Shown here in pieces: positions 42,301-54,300 of a DNA stretch of 64,000 nucleotides. The stretch covers positions 10,356,001 through 10,420,000 of the forward strand of contig NC_087250.1 of the NCBI RefSeq assembly GCF_037042905.1, in the 5' to 3' direction. How positions within the stretch are numbered: position 1 is the first letter of the stretch; every line of letters starts with the position of its first letter. The notes under the pieces were generated by a model that worked only from the letters and a program-made list of their open reading frames with translations, ran no database searches and was not told the DNA's origin. Position numbers and translations under genes: made by a program. The DNA comes from Lytechinus pictus (lineage: Eukaryota).

Positions 42301-45300
42301 CTCCAAGGTGACATCGGATAGAATCCTCTCAGTGATCGTCTGCGTGTCGTGTTCAGCAGTCAGCACAGCGCCCTCCATGACCAGGTGGCCGTCATCGGCC
42401 TTGTGCATGACCACGTGCAGGCCCTCGTCAACGTCGGTATCGCCCGAAGGGCCTCCGGCATGCTGGATCTCGTCCATGAGGATTGGGTTTTCCACGATGC
42501 CGATGACAGTATCGCCCTCTTCTTCGGCTTCGCTCTCGCTTTCACTTGAGGCTTGGGTGTGCGTGATGGACGGGATCGAGTCAACAGGTTCCTGATCAAT
42601 GTGAGAAAAGAACAGAAAGAGATAACTTGACGGGTGCTTGAGTGCAAGTGGCCAAAAACTATTCCTGCGCCACAGCCATTTCTAGTGAGCAAGACGCAAT
42701 GGACAAATGCCTACTTCAATTTACGGAAGCTTTAAAGTGACATCGACTTGTCGAGATAATTTACCTCGCCAATTTGACATATAAAAAGTAAATGGCAAGA
42801 ATATTTTTATCCACAGCTCGATCTATAGCACGCCATGCCACAACCAGGTTTCGTTTCAAACAGGAGGTGGTGCATGCACAACGTGGATGTCACATTAAAT
42901 CTCGCCATTTACTTTTTATAATCACTTTTACAACTTCTCATTGGTCGACTTGGCATCTTGACAAGTTGTTGGCACTTTAAAGCTTCCATTCAAATTTTCA
43001 AAGAATCGTCTGTTTACCTTAAAGATTTCAATGATGGATGAGAGATCCACTGCCTCGTCGGTCTCTTCACCAAGCCGGTCATCTAAATCATAGGATCTTT
43101 GACCTCCGTCACCCACTTCTTCTGCAGTCTGGATACGGGTTAGTGCGCCCTCTATGGCAGATGAGACAATGGTTCTGGCTAGCTCGGACGATGAAGGTCG
43201 CTAGTGTAAGAAAGTATGGTAAATGACATTAATTATAGTTTTTGTTTATATGCCACTTGAGTACTTATCCAATTGAAAAACAAAGAATAGGTTGCGGAAT
43301 AAAAAGTGGATAGAAATGGAGATGAATTGGAAAAGGACGAAAAAGTGGAGATTTTAAAGTAGATTATTCTTATCAAAATGAGTGTAGTCCTTAAAGGACT
43401 GTAAACGAGGAGGATTGGAAAGCCGTGTAGTAGACAAGCTTTCTCCACTTTCTCGCCTTTCCATTTCATCTCCATTTCTATCCACCTTTCCTATCTCAGT
43501 CCTTCCAGGACTTTACACATGGTGTTCCGTAAACCACCTCCGCAATTGTTCATACCACCATGCAAACCCAGTGGATTAGTCTTCTGACTTTGAATCAGAG
43601 GGTCGTGGGTTCAAATCCCAGCCATGGCGTAATTTCCTTCAGCAAGAAATTTATCTACATTGTGCTGCACTCGACCCAGGTGAGGTGAATGGGTACCCGG
43701 CAGGATTAATTCCTTAAATGCATGAGCGCTGAAAGGCCGGGGTAATAATAATAACGTGCCTCGGAATAGAATATTTCTAGATAGATGGCGCTATATAAAT
43801 GATTATTATTATTATTAATCTTTGCCAACTTATGTATCAGGTGACGAAACATATCGCTGCAGTTTACCTCATTCTTCACCATCTTCACAGGACTCGATGG
43901 ACGGACAATCTCAATGGCGCTTTCTAGAACTTTAGAGACGATAGACTGAGCCCTTTCTTCAATCGTGGAAACCTACCACAAAAGGAAAGAAGAAAATCGG
44001 CTCATACTCTTATAAATTAGGCTCATTTTTATATGCGGAAGGCATGACCAGATAGAATGATGAAGTGCGCCCTCCTAAACTTAAGATACAATAGATGGAG
44101 TCCTTTCTTCAATAGTGGAAACCCAACACAAAAGGAAAGACAATACCTGGCTCATGGTCCAAAAAGTAGACTCATTTTTAGGTTATGAAATGAAAATGAG
44201 GAAGAGATGACATAAGACGTTTTAAAATATGATGGAGTGGCCTCAACTTAAGAGGCTGTGTTGTTTTTTATATAATTTATATCGATATGATAAAGTGACC
44301 AAAGATTCTTCTTTATCCTGGATAAAATATGATTTTCCTTTCTACTTATTTTCATTTTACCTATTTTCTATCACTATTTGCAAATCTATCTACGATGGAA
44401 TCTGCAGCACAAGGTCAAAGTCAACCTTTCATAAAATCAGAATAATTGCGTAAACTGCGGTTTTCGCAGCAATCTAGGACAATCTAGTCCTGATAAAAAT
44501 CTTCTACGGTTCATGCAAAATTCTCATGAAGTTTTTCTGAATGCCGTGTGTATCTTTGATCATCGATAAACTTACACAATAAACACCGAAACAAGTGAAT
44601 AACATGACAGTTCCCATAAGAAGTCAATTCCACCCCTCCCCCTCAGAAAAAGGTAGATTTAAGTAAAACAGAAAAAAAATCAGCAAAGCATAATGCTGTA
44701 AATTTTGTCAAAATTAGATGATCACAAAAAAAGGTTATGGATTATTAAAGTTTTGCTAATTTTCACATAAGAGTTTACACACACAACATGGGCAATATGC
44801 AAATGAGAGAATCAATGATAACACACAGTTGTGGACAAAAGGTTAAAATAAAAACAATTGCCAATTGTTCAAGGAGGGATCCAATTTTTGTTTCACATGA
44901 TAATGAGGGGGAAAAATGTTATATACAATAAAATACAAAATAGTTAGTGGGGGACATCATTGGTTCCATAACTGGCATATCAACTGGTACATGTATGTGC
45001 ATATACCAGTTTTGTTAAATCTTGTTTTGTTAAATTTCAAAATGTCTTAACTTTTTTTTATTTCACATCCGATTTGGATGAGATTCTGTGTGTTAGCTTG
45101 TTTGATTTTTCCAATATTTAAATCAAATTTTGGTTTGGGTGAACTTGCCCTTTGAATATGGTAAATTATCAATTCCTCCACTGCCAACTCGTCCACTCAC
45201 CACATGGTCTACTTTCATTTAGCCTAATGCCATTACGTCCATCAACATTTCATCTAAACAACCGTTTGATCCAATAACCATTTAGTCCAATCATCATTTC

Positions 45301-48300
45301 GTCTATTCACCATTTCATCTATGACCATTTCGTCTCGTAACCAGTTGGTCTAGTATCCATTTCATTTTCATTCATTTTGTACAATTAACACTTACTAGCC
45401 CAATTGGACCAAATGGAACACGGACTAAATGGCTATTGGACCAACTGGTTATTAGACAAAATGGTGAGTGGACGAATTGGCAATTAGACCATGTGGATAG
45501 TGGACGAACTGATGGTAGACCAAATAATAGCAGACGAGTTGGCAATTGGACGAACTGGCATTAGACGAATTGGAAATAAACCTTGCATACATACCTGCAT
45601 CAAGGAAGGTTGCGTGTCTTCTACCTGGTTCAAGACATTCTTCAAAGCATCGGCAACCATCAGGCTAGCGTAAGGACTGACCTCACTCGCCTAGTAAGAG
45701 CAAGAAAAACAAGAATAGACGGTCAATATTCATCTGGGGGGGGGGGTATTTAACAAGGACTTGAGTGTGCGTTAAGGCCACCGCACACCTTACGATCCGT
45801 CTGGCCTACGACTGGCTTGCGACTGAGTGAGTAGAGATGAATCGCAAGGCAGTCATAATCATAAGCCTCGACACTGCACATCTTGCGATCCGACTGCCAT
45901 GCTGTCTGCGACTCACGCACGCGCTTTATGCTTTTTGCCATAGCAACTGAGAAAATGGCGCTTACGACTGTGTATGCACGTTGTACACCATAAACATGTA
46001 TGCGTCGTGCAACTCTGCTGTGTGATTGGCTGGAAGTTGGATTGAGCTTGCGATCCAGTCATAAGGATTCGACATGTCAAATCCTTACGATTTTCCTTGT
46101 GGCTTGTCTCTGACCGGTCTGCGACTCTCAAGCTGACAAGAGCTGTGACGTCACTCAGTCGCAAGCCACTCGTAGACCAGTTGGGTCGTAAGGTGTGCGG
46201 TGGCCTTTAAAGTCATGCTTAAATGCTAATGCGCACAAGATATGTAAAATGCATATTATTCATGAACTCTTTCTTATTCGCCGTTTGTATAAACAGAAAT
46301 GCGACAAATATTTTGTAAGTCATGCAGATGCTTTTCTGCAAAAATAAATTGTGTGATTTTAGATGAAAGAAAGTTGTTCCAGTATCAGGTACCCTTTTAA
46401 CAAGATACTTACATCAATGAAGACATCAGGACCACCAGACCTATAAAAGAACAAAACAAAAAAGAAATTACAATTATTTGAATGACGTATGCGTGAAGAG
46501 TAGTTATTACTACTTCTACTACTACTTATTTTACTACTTTTTTGTTTTGTTTTTACTACTCAATCACAAAAGGTTATTAAAATCAATAGCAAGTGGTAAG
46601 GAAGGAATCAAACCTAGTGTCACATTAAAATGAGGAAAGAAAAAAAAAAAGACATTTCAATGCAAAACTTAAAAATTAAAACTAAGCAGAACTTTGAAAT
46701 ATAATAACCATTTTCAAAATCTTACATTAGGAATTTTGATGGAATATTCAGCATTAGGCATATTGTAAACTGCAGGCAAGCCGGTCTTAATTAAGCCAAT
46801 GAAAGTTGGGACGGGTGGGTTCATAGATTTAAGCATATATTTATCCATAAAAGATAATTGAAAACCAATATTAGTTAAAAATTTTAGTTAAGCAAAATAC
46901 TGAATAAAATACTGAATATTCTGATTTAAGTATCGGATTGAATGTTGGCCCGGGGATTGCTGGAAAAGCAAATTTGAAGTGGGTAAATAAAATGTTATTA
47001 TCAATTAATGTTTTCACCACCTCTCTGATGGAGATCGATCCTTCTGTCCATCCATCTTCCATGTGCCATCGTTTCCCTCTTCCCATTCCACGTCATCGAA
47101 CTCTGGATCAGATTTCAGCTCCTTGAAGACGCCGGTGACGAGTTGCCTAGCAACCATGGTGAAGGAGTCCAGGACCTCTGGCATAGATACAGGAGCATCC
47201 CCCATAGACACAACTGAGATATTAAAAATAAAATAAATAAATGAATAAATACATGAGATTTGTATAGCGCACTTTCCATCTTGATTAGATGCTTGAGAGC
47301 AGAACAACAAAAACTATTTACATATAATACATGTCTGAACAATAAGTCAATGTCTATAAAAAAAAAACACTCTTATACAGGTATGTTTTCAGGTTGCCCT
47401 TGAAGGTGGTCACTGAAGTCTGGGTTTTCAAACTCTGTGGGAGAGAATTCCACAGGCTAGGCCCGATCCCCGCATGATTTCTTAGCAACTGGAATTTGTA
47501 AGAGATTAGATGATGAGGATCGAAAATTTCTTGAGGGTTAGTAATTATGCATCAAAGACCTATTGTAAATACCAGTTGTGGTAAAATCTCAAAATGAGTT
47601 TGAACATAATCCAATAACATGACCACCCAGGTGTTGGTATGTATAAATACAATATATGGGCCAAATGACTGGAAGAAAATTTGTAATTGATGAGAAATGA
47701 GTAAAATAAGCACAGAATTCAATCAAATGTCAGGCATTTTCCCAAATAATATTAATACTGTCCTACAAATGCTTTTCTGTGTTAGTGATCATGAGAATTA
47801 TGGGTTTTGAGCTAAGATTTCATTTCACAAAGAGAAGTTTACATTACTGTACCAGATATAGAAATATGATAATACGGTGACAATTAACCTTGATTTAAAA
47901 GACTTTTTCAGGAAATAATTTTTGTTGCAACTTTCTTTTATCTTTAAAGAGAAATAATGCTGCCAATTTATGCGTTTTGTTATACATGGCACACTAACAC
48001 TCATTATGAAGTTCTTGTTATACAGATAAATGATTAATCCTTATTCTTCCCGCATTGTGATGTCACTCTTTCACATTCATCTAGTGAGACTGGGCGACGT
48101 CATCATCAACACCATCGCATCACAGCCATCATCTCAATCATCGTATCATTGTGTTCATTATCATCATCATTATTATTATCATCACCATCGTCACAATCAA
48201 TGTATCACAATCATTACCACCATCATCATCATCACCGCCATCATCGTCATCATCATCGTCAACATCATAACCATCATCATCATGATCACCACTATCATCA

Positions 48301-51300
48301 TCATCACTATTACCATCATAATCATCAAGATGTTGCCTGTAGTCCCAGGCTCAAACTCTTCCACAATGGTCATCATCACTATCAACATCATCACTGTCAT
48401 CAACCTCATCATCACCGTCATTATCATCATCATCATCACCATTATCATCATCATCATCATCATCGTCATCATCGTCATCAATTATCATCACCATCATCAT
48501 CATCACCATTATCATCATCATCACCATTGTCATCATCACCATTATCATCATCATCATCATCATCACCTACATCATTATCACCACCATCATCATCATCACT
48601 ATTACCATCATCAAGACGTTGCCTGTAGTCCCAGCCTCAAACTCCTCCACAATGGTCATCATCACCATCATCATCACTGTCATTATCCTCATCATCATCA
48701 TAATCAAGATATCACCTACCTGAAGTCGGAGGCTCAAACTCCTCCACTATGGTGACAATCTCCTTGGAAAACTCTAAAAAGATGATAAATAAACCCACAA
48801 AAATATAAAAAAAGGAGATAGAAAATGCTATAGAATTTTTGCTTGTATGATCATACAGACAATATATGTCATAGAAAATAAAGAGGCATTAATAGGAGGA
48901 AATTATAATTTGTAAACAAATTTTCGGCATTACTCCTATGTGGAATACCACTGGTTCCATTTTTTTCTGACTTATGATTCTCATTACAAATCGAGCATGC
49001 GATCTTAAACACATAGGAGTAATGCCGAAAATTTGTTTACAAAAAATAATATATGTCATCATAAAAGTGAAATAAATGAAATAAATGAAGTGAATGAATG
49101 AACAAATGGAGAGGGAAAAATTAAATTAGGCAATTCTATACTGAAACCATTTATTTTTTCCTGGTTGGAAGTTGAATTCCAAAGATTTGCATTATTTCTG
49201 TGAAACAGTACTAGGCATGTCTTTATGAATATTCATTAGGTGGGCTGATGATGTCATATCCCCACTTGTTCTTTGTATTTTATATGAAATTAGGTTTATT
49301 GAAAAATTTTCTACCAAGAACTTAAAACAATTGGATTGAAAACTGATTAAGTGCATTAGTCATTTATTGCCGCAACTTATTTCATCATAATGCAGACACA
49401 TAATTTACACAAGTATGAAAAAATTGAACATTTATTATTTCATGTAATAACATAAGAAAAGGGAAAGTGGGGATGTGACATCATCAGCCCACCTAATGAA
49501 TATTCATGATGATGTGCATATAAATGTTTTCACAAAATATTGATAAATTTTAAAATTCAATAACTTGGTTATTTGTTATTCGATTTTGATGGAATTTTCA
49601 GCATTTTGCTCTGTGAATTTTACTCTATTTATTTAGATATAAATGTTTTCAGCCCGGACCATCACTTTAAATGATCAATGTGTTACCTGAGGATTTAACA
49701 GAAGGTAGAGAGGATGTTTCATAGATGACAATAGAGGGCGGGCCACTGCGACGTCTGTCTACTCCTGATTCATCTGAAAACGATCACAAAATGAAAATGT
49801 TAAAGCGACAATCACAATAGATGGTGGCCCATGACGGTCTTCAAACTGCCATAAACTGTGCATCATCATCATCATCATTCTCACCATCCTCACCGTCATC
49901 ATCATCATCATCATCACCACCACCACCATCATCATCACTATCACCATCATTATCATCATCATCATCATCACCATCATCTCAATTACCATCAACATCAGCA
50001 TAACCATCATCATCGCCATCATCATCATCATCACCATCACCACCATCACCATCACCATCATCATCATCATCACCATCACCATCATCATCATCATCACCAT
50101 CATCATCATTATCATCATCCTCATCACCCCCACCTGAATAGATGATTGGAGGAAGCTTATCAGTACTAGTGGTAGTGGATCCCGTCTCCTCTTTCTCCTT
50201 GCAGAGTTTCTCTTTCACATTCCATGTTGTCATGTTGGTTGTCAGCTTGGGATTGATCGGTGGAAACCTCCTCCTCCCGCCTAATGGTAAGAAAGACAGT
50301 AGAGTACAGGGCCCTGTCTCACAAAGAGTTACGATTGATCCAATCAACCACAACTATGGAAAGCCAGCAACGCCAATATCTATAATACATGTTTGTTCAT
50401 ACATTTCCTAGATCAGCTGTGTATTCATGCATTCATTGCTTTCTTGAAAATTTGCCGTGCTCCTCTTTGTTTACAAATGACACGGTGCAAATTTCCTGAA
50501 GAAAAAAAATATGTTGATGGATTTCCATATACATGTACTTGAGGTTGATCCGAGCAATCGCAACTCTTTGTAAGACAGGGCCCCGAAGTATGGCATCACC
50601 AATTTTCCTTTATTTTGCATTTTTCCATTCTTTATACCAAATTTCAGTAGAGCATGATGAAAAACCTCCACAACACAAATTCGGTGGGAATCGGTCCATG
50701 ATGTCTCAAGATATGAATTCATAGTTTATAGCCCCGCAGAAGCCAATGTATCATTGGCCTGTACAGACCGCACAGAAACGTTTGTTAGCACTTACAACAC
50801 ACCAACAGAGGCCCTGTTACAATCGGTAATGTCGCAGCGATGCCTTATGCCACAACAATGCGTTACTTACATCTTGGATCAAAGTTTAGCTTAAAGGACA
50901 AGTCCACCCCAACAAAAAGTTGATTTGAAAAAAGGGAGAAAAATCCAACAAGCAAAACACTGAAAATTTCATCAAAATCGGATGTAAAATAAGAAAGTTA
51001 TGACATTTTATAGTTTTGCTTAATTTCTCAAAATAGTTATATGCACATCCAGATCGGTATGCAAATTGGCAGACTGATAACGTCATCCACTCACTATTTC
51101 GTTTGTATTTTATTATATGAAAAATGAAATATTCTAATTTTCACCTCCTTGTCAAGTGACACAAAGTTTTATTTCTGCCTGAACATGTGGAATTACCATT
51201 ATTTTAATAGTTTATGGTTAAGTTAAGTTGGTCCTTATTGTCAAATCTGTAAAAATTGAAATATTGTATTATTCAAACAATAAAATACAAAAGAAATAGT

Positions 51301-54300
51301 GAGTGATGGACATCATTGACTCTCTCATTTGCTTATCACTGAGTTGTGCATTAACTGTTTTGTGAAAAATAAGCAAAACTTAAAAATGTCATAACTTTTT
51401 TATTTTACATCCGATTTCGATGAAATTTGCAGCGTTATGTTTGTTTGATTTTTCTATATCGATTCAAATGAACAATTTTCTGGGGTAGACTTGACCTTTA
51501 ATTATCTGATAGATGTGACTGAACCTACTGTTAGCGATCTGTTAGGCTAACAGCGTTTCCGTGCGGCCAGTACTGGTTCATAAGAGGCCAATAATACATT
51601 GCTTTCAATGGGGCTAATTACATGCATGTCTTCATGGTTCCAATCTTGGGTCCACATGTCCTTTTCATATTCCTGTTCTGCACCGAGGTGTTAATTTTTT
51701 ACCTTGTTATATTTCTACAATTTTGCAGTGGTATTTTTTTTTTTTTCTAATGCATCTCAAGATTATCTAATTAATTATTTTGGCACCCTTTTCAGTATTC
51801 CCTTTTTTGACGTGCAATATTTTGTGTAAGAGTATTTATATATTTTATTTATGTCTTGGGAGCGGCATGTGTGGGGGCTCATGCCTTCGGGCAACAGTGA
51901 TGGATTTCGCTTTTGTGCCCCCTGACCCACATGCCGTTCCCGCATTTCTTTGCATGTTCATGTACTGTAATTTTTTAATTCTAATGTAATGTGTATGTAC
52001 TTTTTATATTGGTCAAATAAATAATAATAATAGTAAGGTTTTGAATTTATAACGTTATATACGAGCAGGTACCCCATATATCTCGTAATATGATTTCCAT
52101 AAATTCATTTTTTTAAATGAAACATGATGAATAAAGATATTATATAGAAGGGAGTATAAATGATGTGCCTAGCGATGTAACTTTTTAAAGTGAAATAACT
52201 TTCAATTTATTGAGAAAATTGAATTATGAGGAATTTATATCTTACAAAGTTACGATCGATCCAATCAATCATAACTATGGAAATCCATCCATGTCATATT
52301 TTTATCTACAGTTAATTTGCAAAATGTCCTTTGTAAACAAAGGAGAACACACCAAATTGTCAAGAAATCAATGAATTTATGGATATGCATTCATACATAG
52401 AAATTTCTTTGAACAAACATGCATTTTATATGTTGACTTTGCTGGCTTTCCATAGTTGCGATTGATCGGATCGATCGCAACTCTTTGTAAGATGGGGCCC
52501 AGTATTACAAAGAATTACGATTGATCCAATCAACTTAAAGTCTATGGAAATCCAACCATGTCATGATTTTTATCTCCAGGAAATTTACATGTCTTGTCTA
52601 AATAAGGAAAAGCACACTGAATTTTCGAGAAAACAATCAATGCACATCATATCAGTAAAATATTCTGAACAAACATGCATTTTAGATGATGACATTGCTG
52701 GCTTTCCATAGTTGTGGTTGATCGGATCAAGCATAACTCTTTGTAAGACGGGACCCAGAAAATCTAAATTCTTAAAATTTGTAATTCCATTGTTCTTAGA
52801 TAGATTTTCATCAGGTATTCACCAATATCTATTTTTTTTTTCTTCATTTTTCTGCATTAATCACGGTGAACTTCCCCTTATGAGTCAACTTCCAAATACA
52901 GCCTGACCCCTTTCATACTTACGTTTCGGTCCTGCGGTGTATTTACGGCACAAGTCCTCTACTTTCTTCTCAAGTCGCTCACCAACGAAGACCTCCTTTC
53001 GTAAAGCCGACTTTTGTCTATATTCTCTAATACTGGTGAGATAATCTGCGAACAGGAAAACAACATGACTTTTTGTTCTTTATCACAGCACCCTACATGG
53101 GAATCGGTGATACAACATTTGCTCCTGCAACATTAGTCCAGATTGGACCTTGTTGTTTGGAAGTGCCCTTTTCAAAAGCTAACATAGAGGGCACATGTCT
53201 CCCAATCTCTAATCAGCGCCAATCCACTCATCTTGGGGAGGGAAGATGAGTGGATTGGTGCTGATTAGAGATTGGGAGACATGTGCCCTCTATGTTAGCT
53301 TTTGAAAAGGGCACTTCCAAACAACAAGGTCCAATCTGGACTACTGCAACATTTGCTACAGTCTTAATATCTCAGGGGCATATGGTTAGAGTTAGGGTTG
53401 AAATAGAGTTTTTGGTTCAGAATTATTAAGGATTGGGGTTTATCTAGTGGTGGAGGTTAGGTTTTAGGTTCGGCTTAACGTGCAGATTTTCCTTCGGAGC
53501 AATTGTCGCCAGAGCAAATGTCATGGAACCTGGAAATCAATGGCCTGCGCCCAGTGTTGCGTTATAACAGGGGAAATGAACTATTCTCGTCTTCTATTTG
53601 AATTCATCTCTTACTTTGTATTCATTTATTATTTCATTGCATTATGTATTTCTCTATCAATTCAATATTTTACCTTTTCACTTACTCATTAGTAGTTCCT
53701 TTGTGTATCGATCTTAAATCTATCGTTTATATTTTATTTCATTTATCTATCTTTCTGGTGAATTCTCTTCTACATTTACTCAAGTACTAGTGTGGGTTTC
53801 TGTTGATCAGTTTTAAAGTTATATATAATTCTAAAACTTAGAATGATCTCTATCAAAGTCAATAAAAATCTCAAAATTCATTTTGGTGACTTATTGTAGC
53901 TTTGAGGTGGCAGGTCACATATTTTTTAACATTAGTGTTTGCTCAGTAGAGCATTCAAGCCCCGGCGGCATCAAAACAAATTGTTAAAATATGGGAAAAT
54001 TATTGCTACCCTGTTTGGTGTTCAACGATTTAAAGGAGAATGAAACTCTTGGAGCAAGCTAGCTTTTGTGAAAGCAGAAAAATCAAAGAATAAGATCAAC
54101 AAAAGTTTGAGTAAAATAGGACTAGCAATAGAAGAGTTATGAGCATTTGAATGTCGAGATCACTAATGCTATGGAGATCCTCCGATTGGCAATGCGACCA
54201 AGATCTATGATGTCACAGATGAACAACTCTCCCCTTTTGGACACTGAAAATATACCCCAAAACATCTCTTTTTGCTCATTCTAATCATATGACAAACGAT

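Noticed and set aside
35533..42595. Plus-strand ORFs opposite exons N, Q and R
   Set aside because: Antisense shadows of GC-rich coding exons, with no consistent plus-strand splice chain.
43567..43625. tRNA-Gln-like gene (similar heads at ~7370-7433, 19735-19800, 25067-25140)
   Set aside because: The acceptor stems are broken and each head runs into a body shared among dispersed copies, so these are SINE heads.
48030..48755. Long His/Ile/Met/Asp-rich ORFs (also 30252-30639, 49759-50145, 59154-59948)
   Set aside because: Translation artefacts of (CAT)n microsatellites inside introns.
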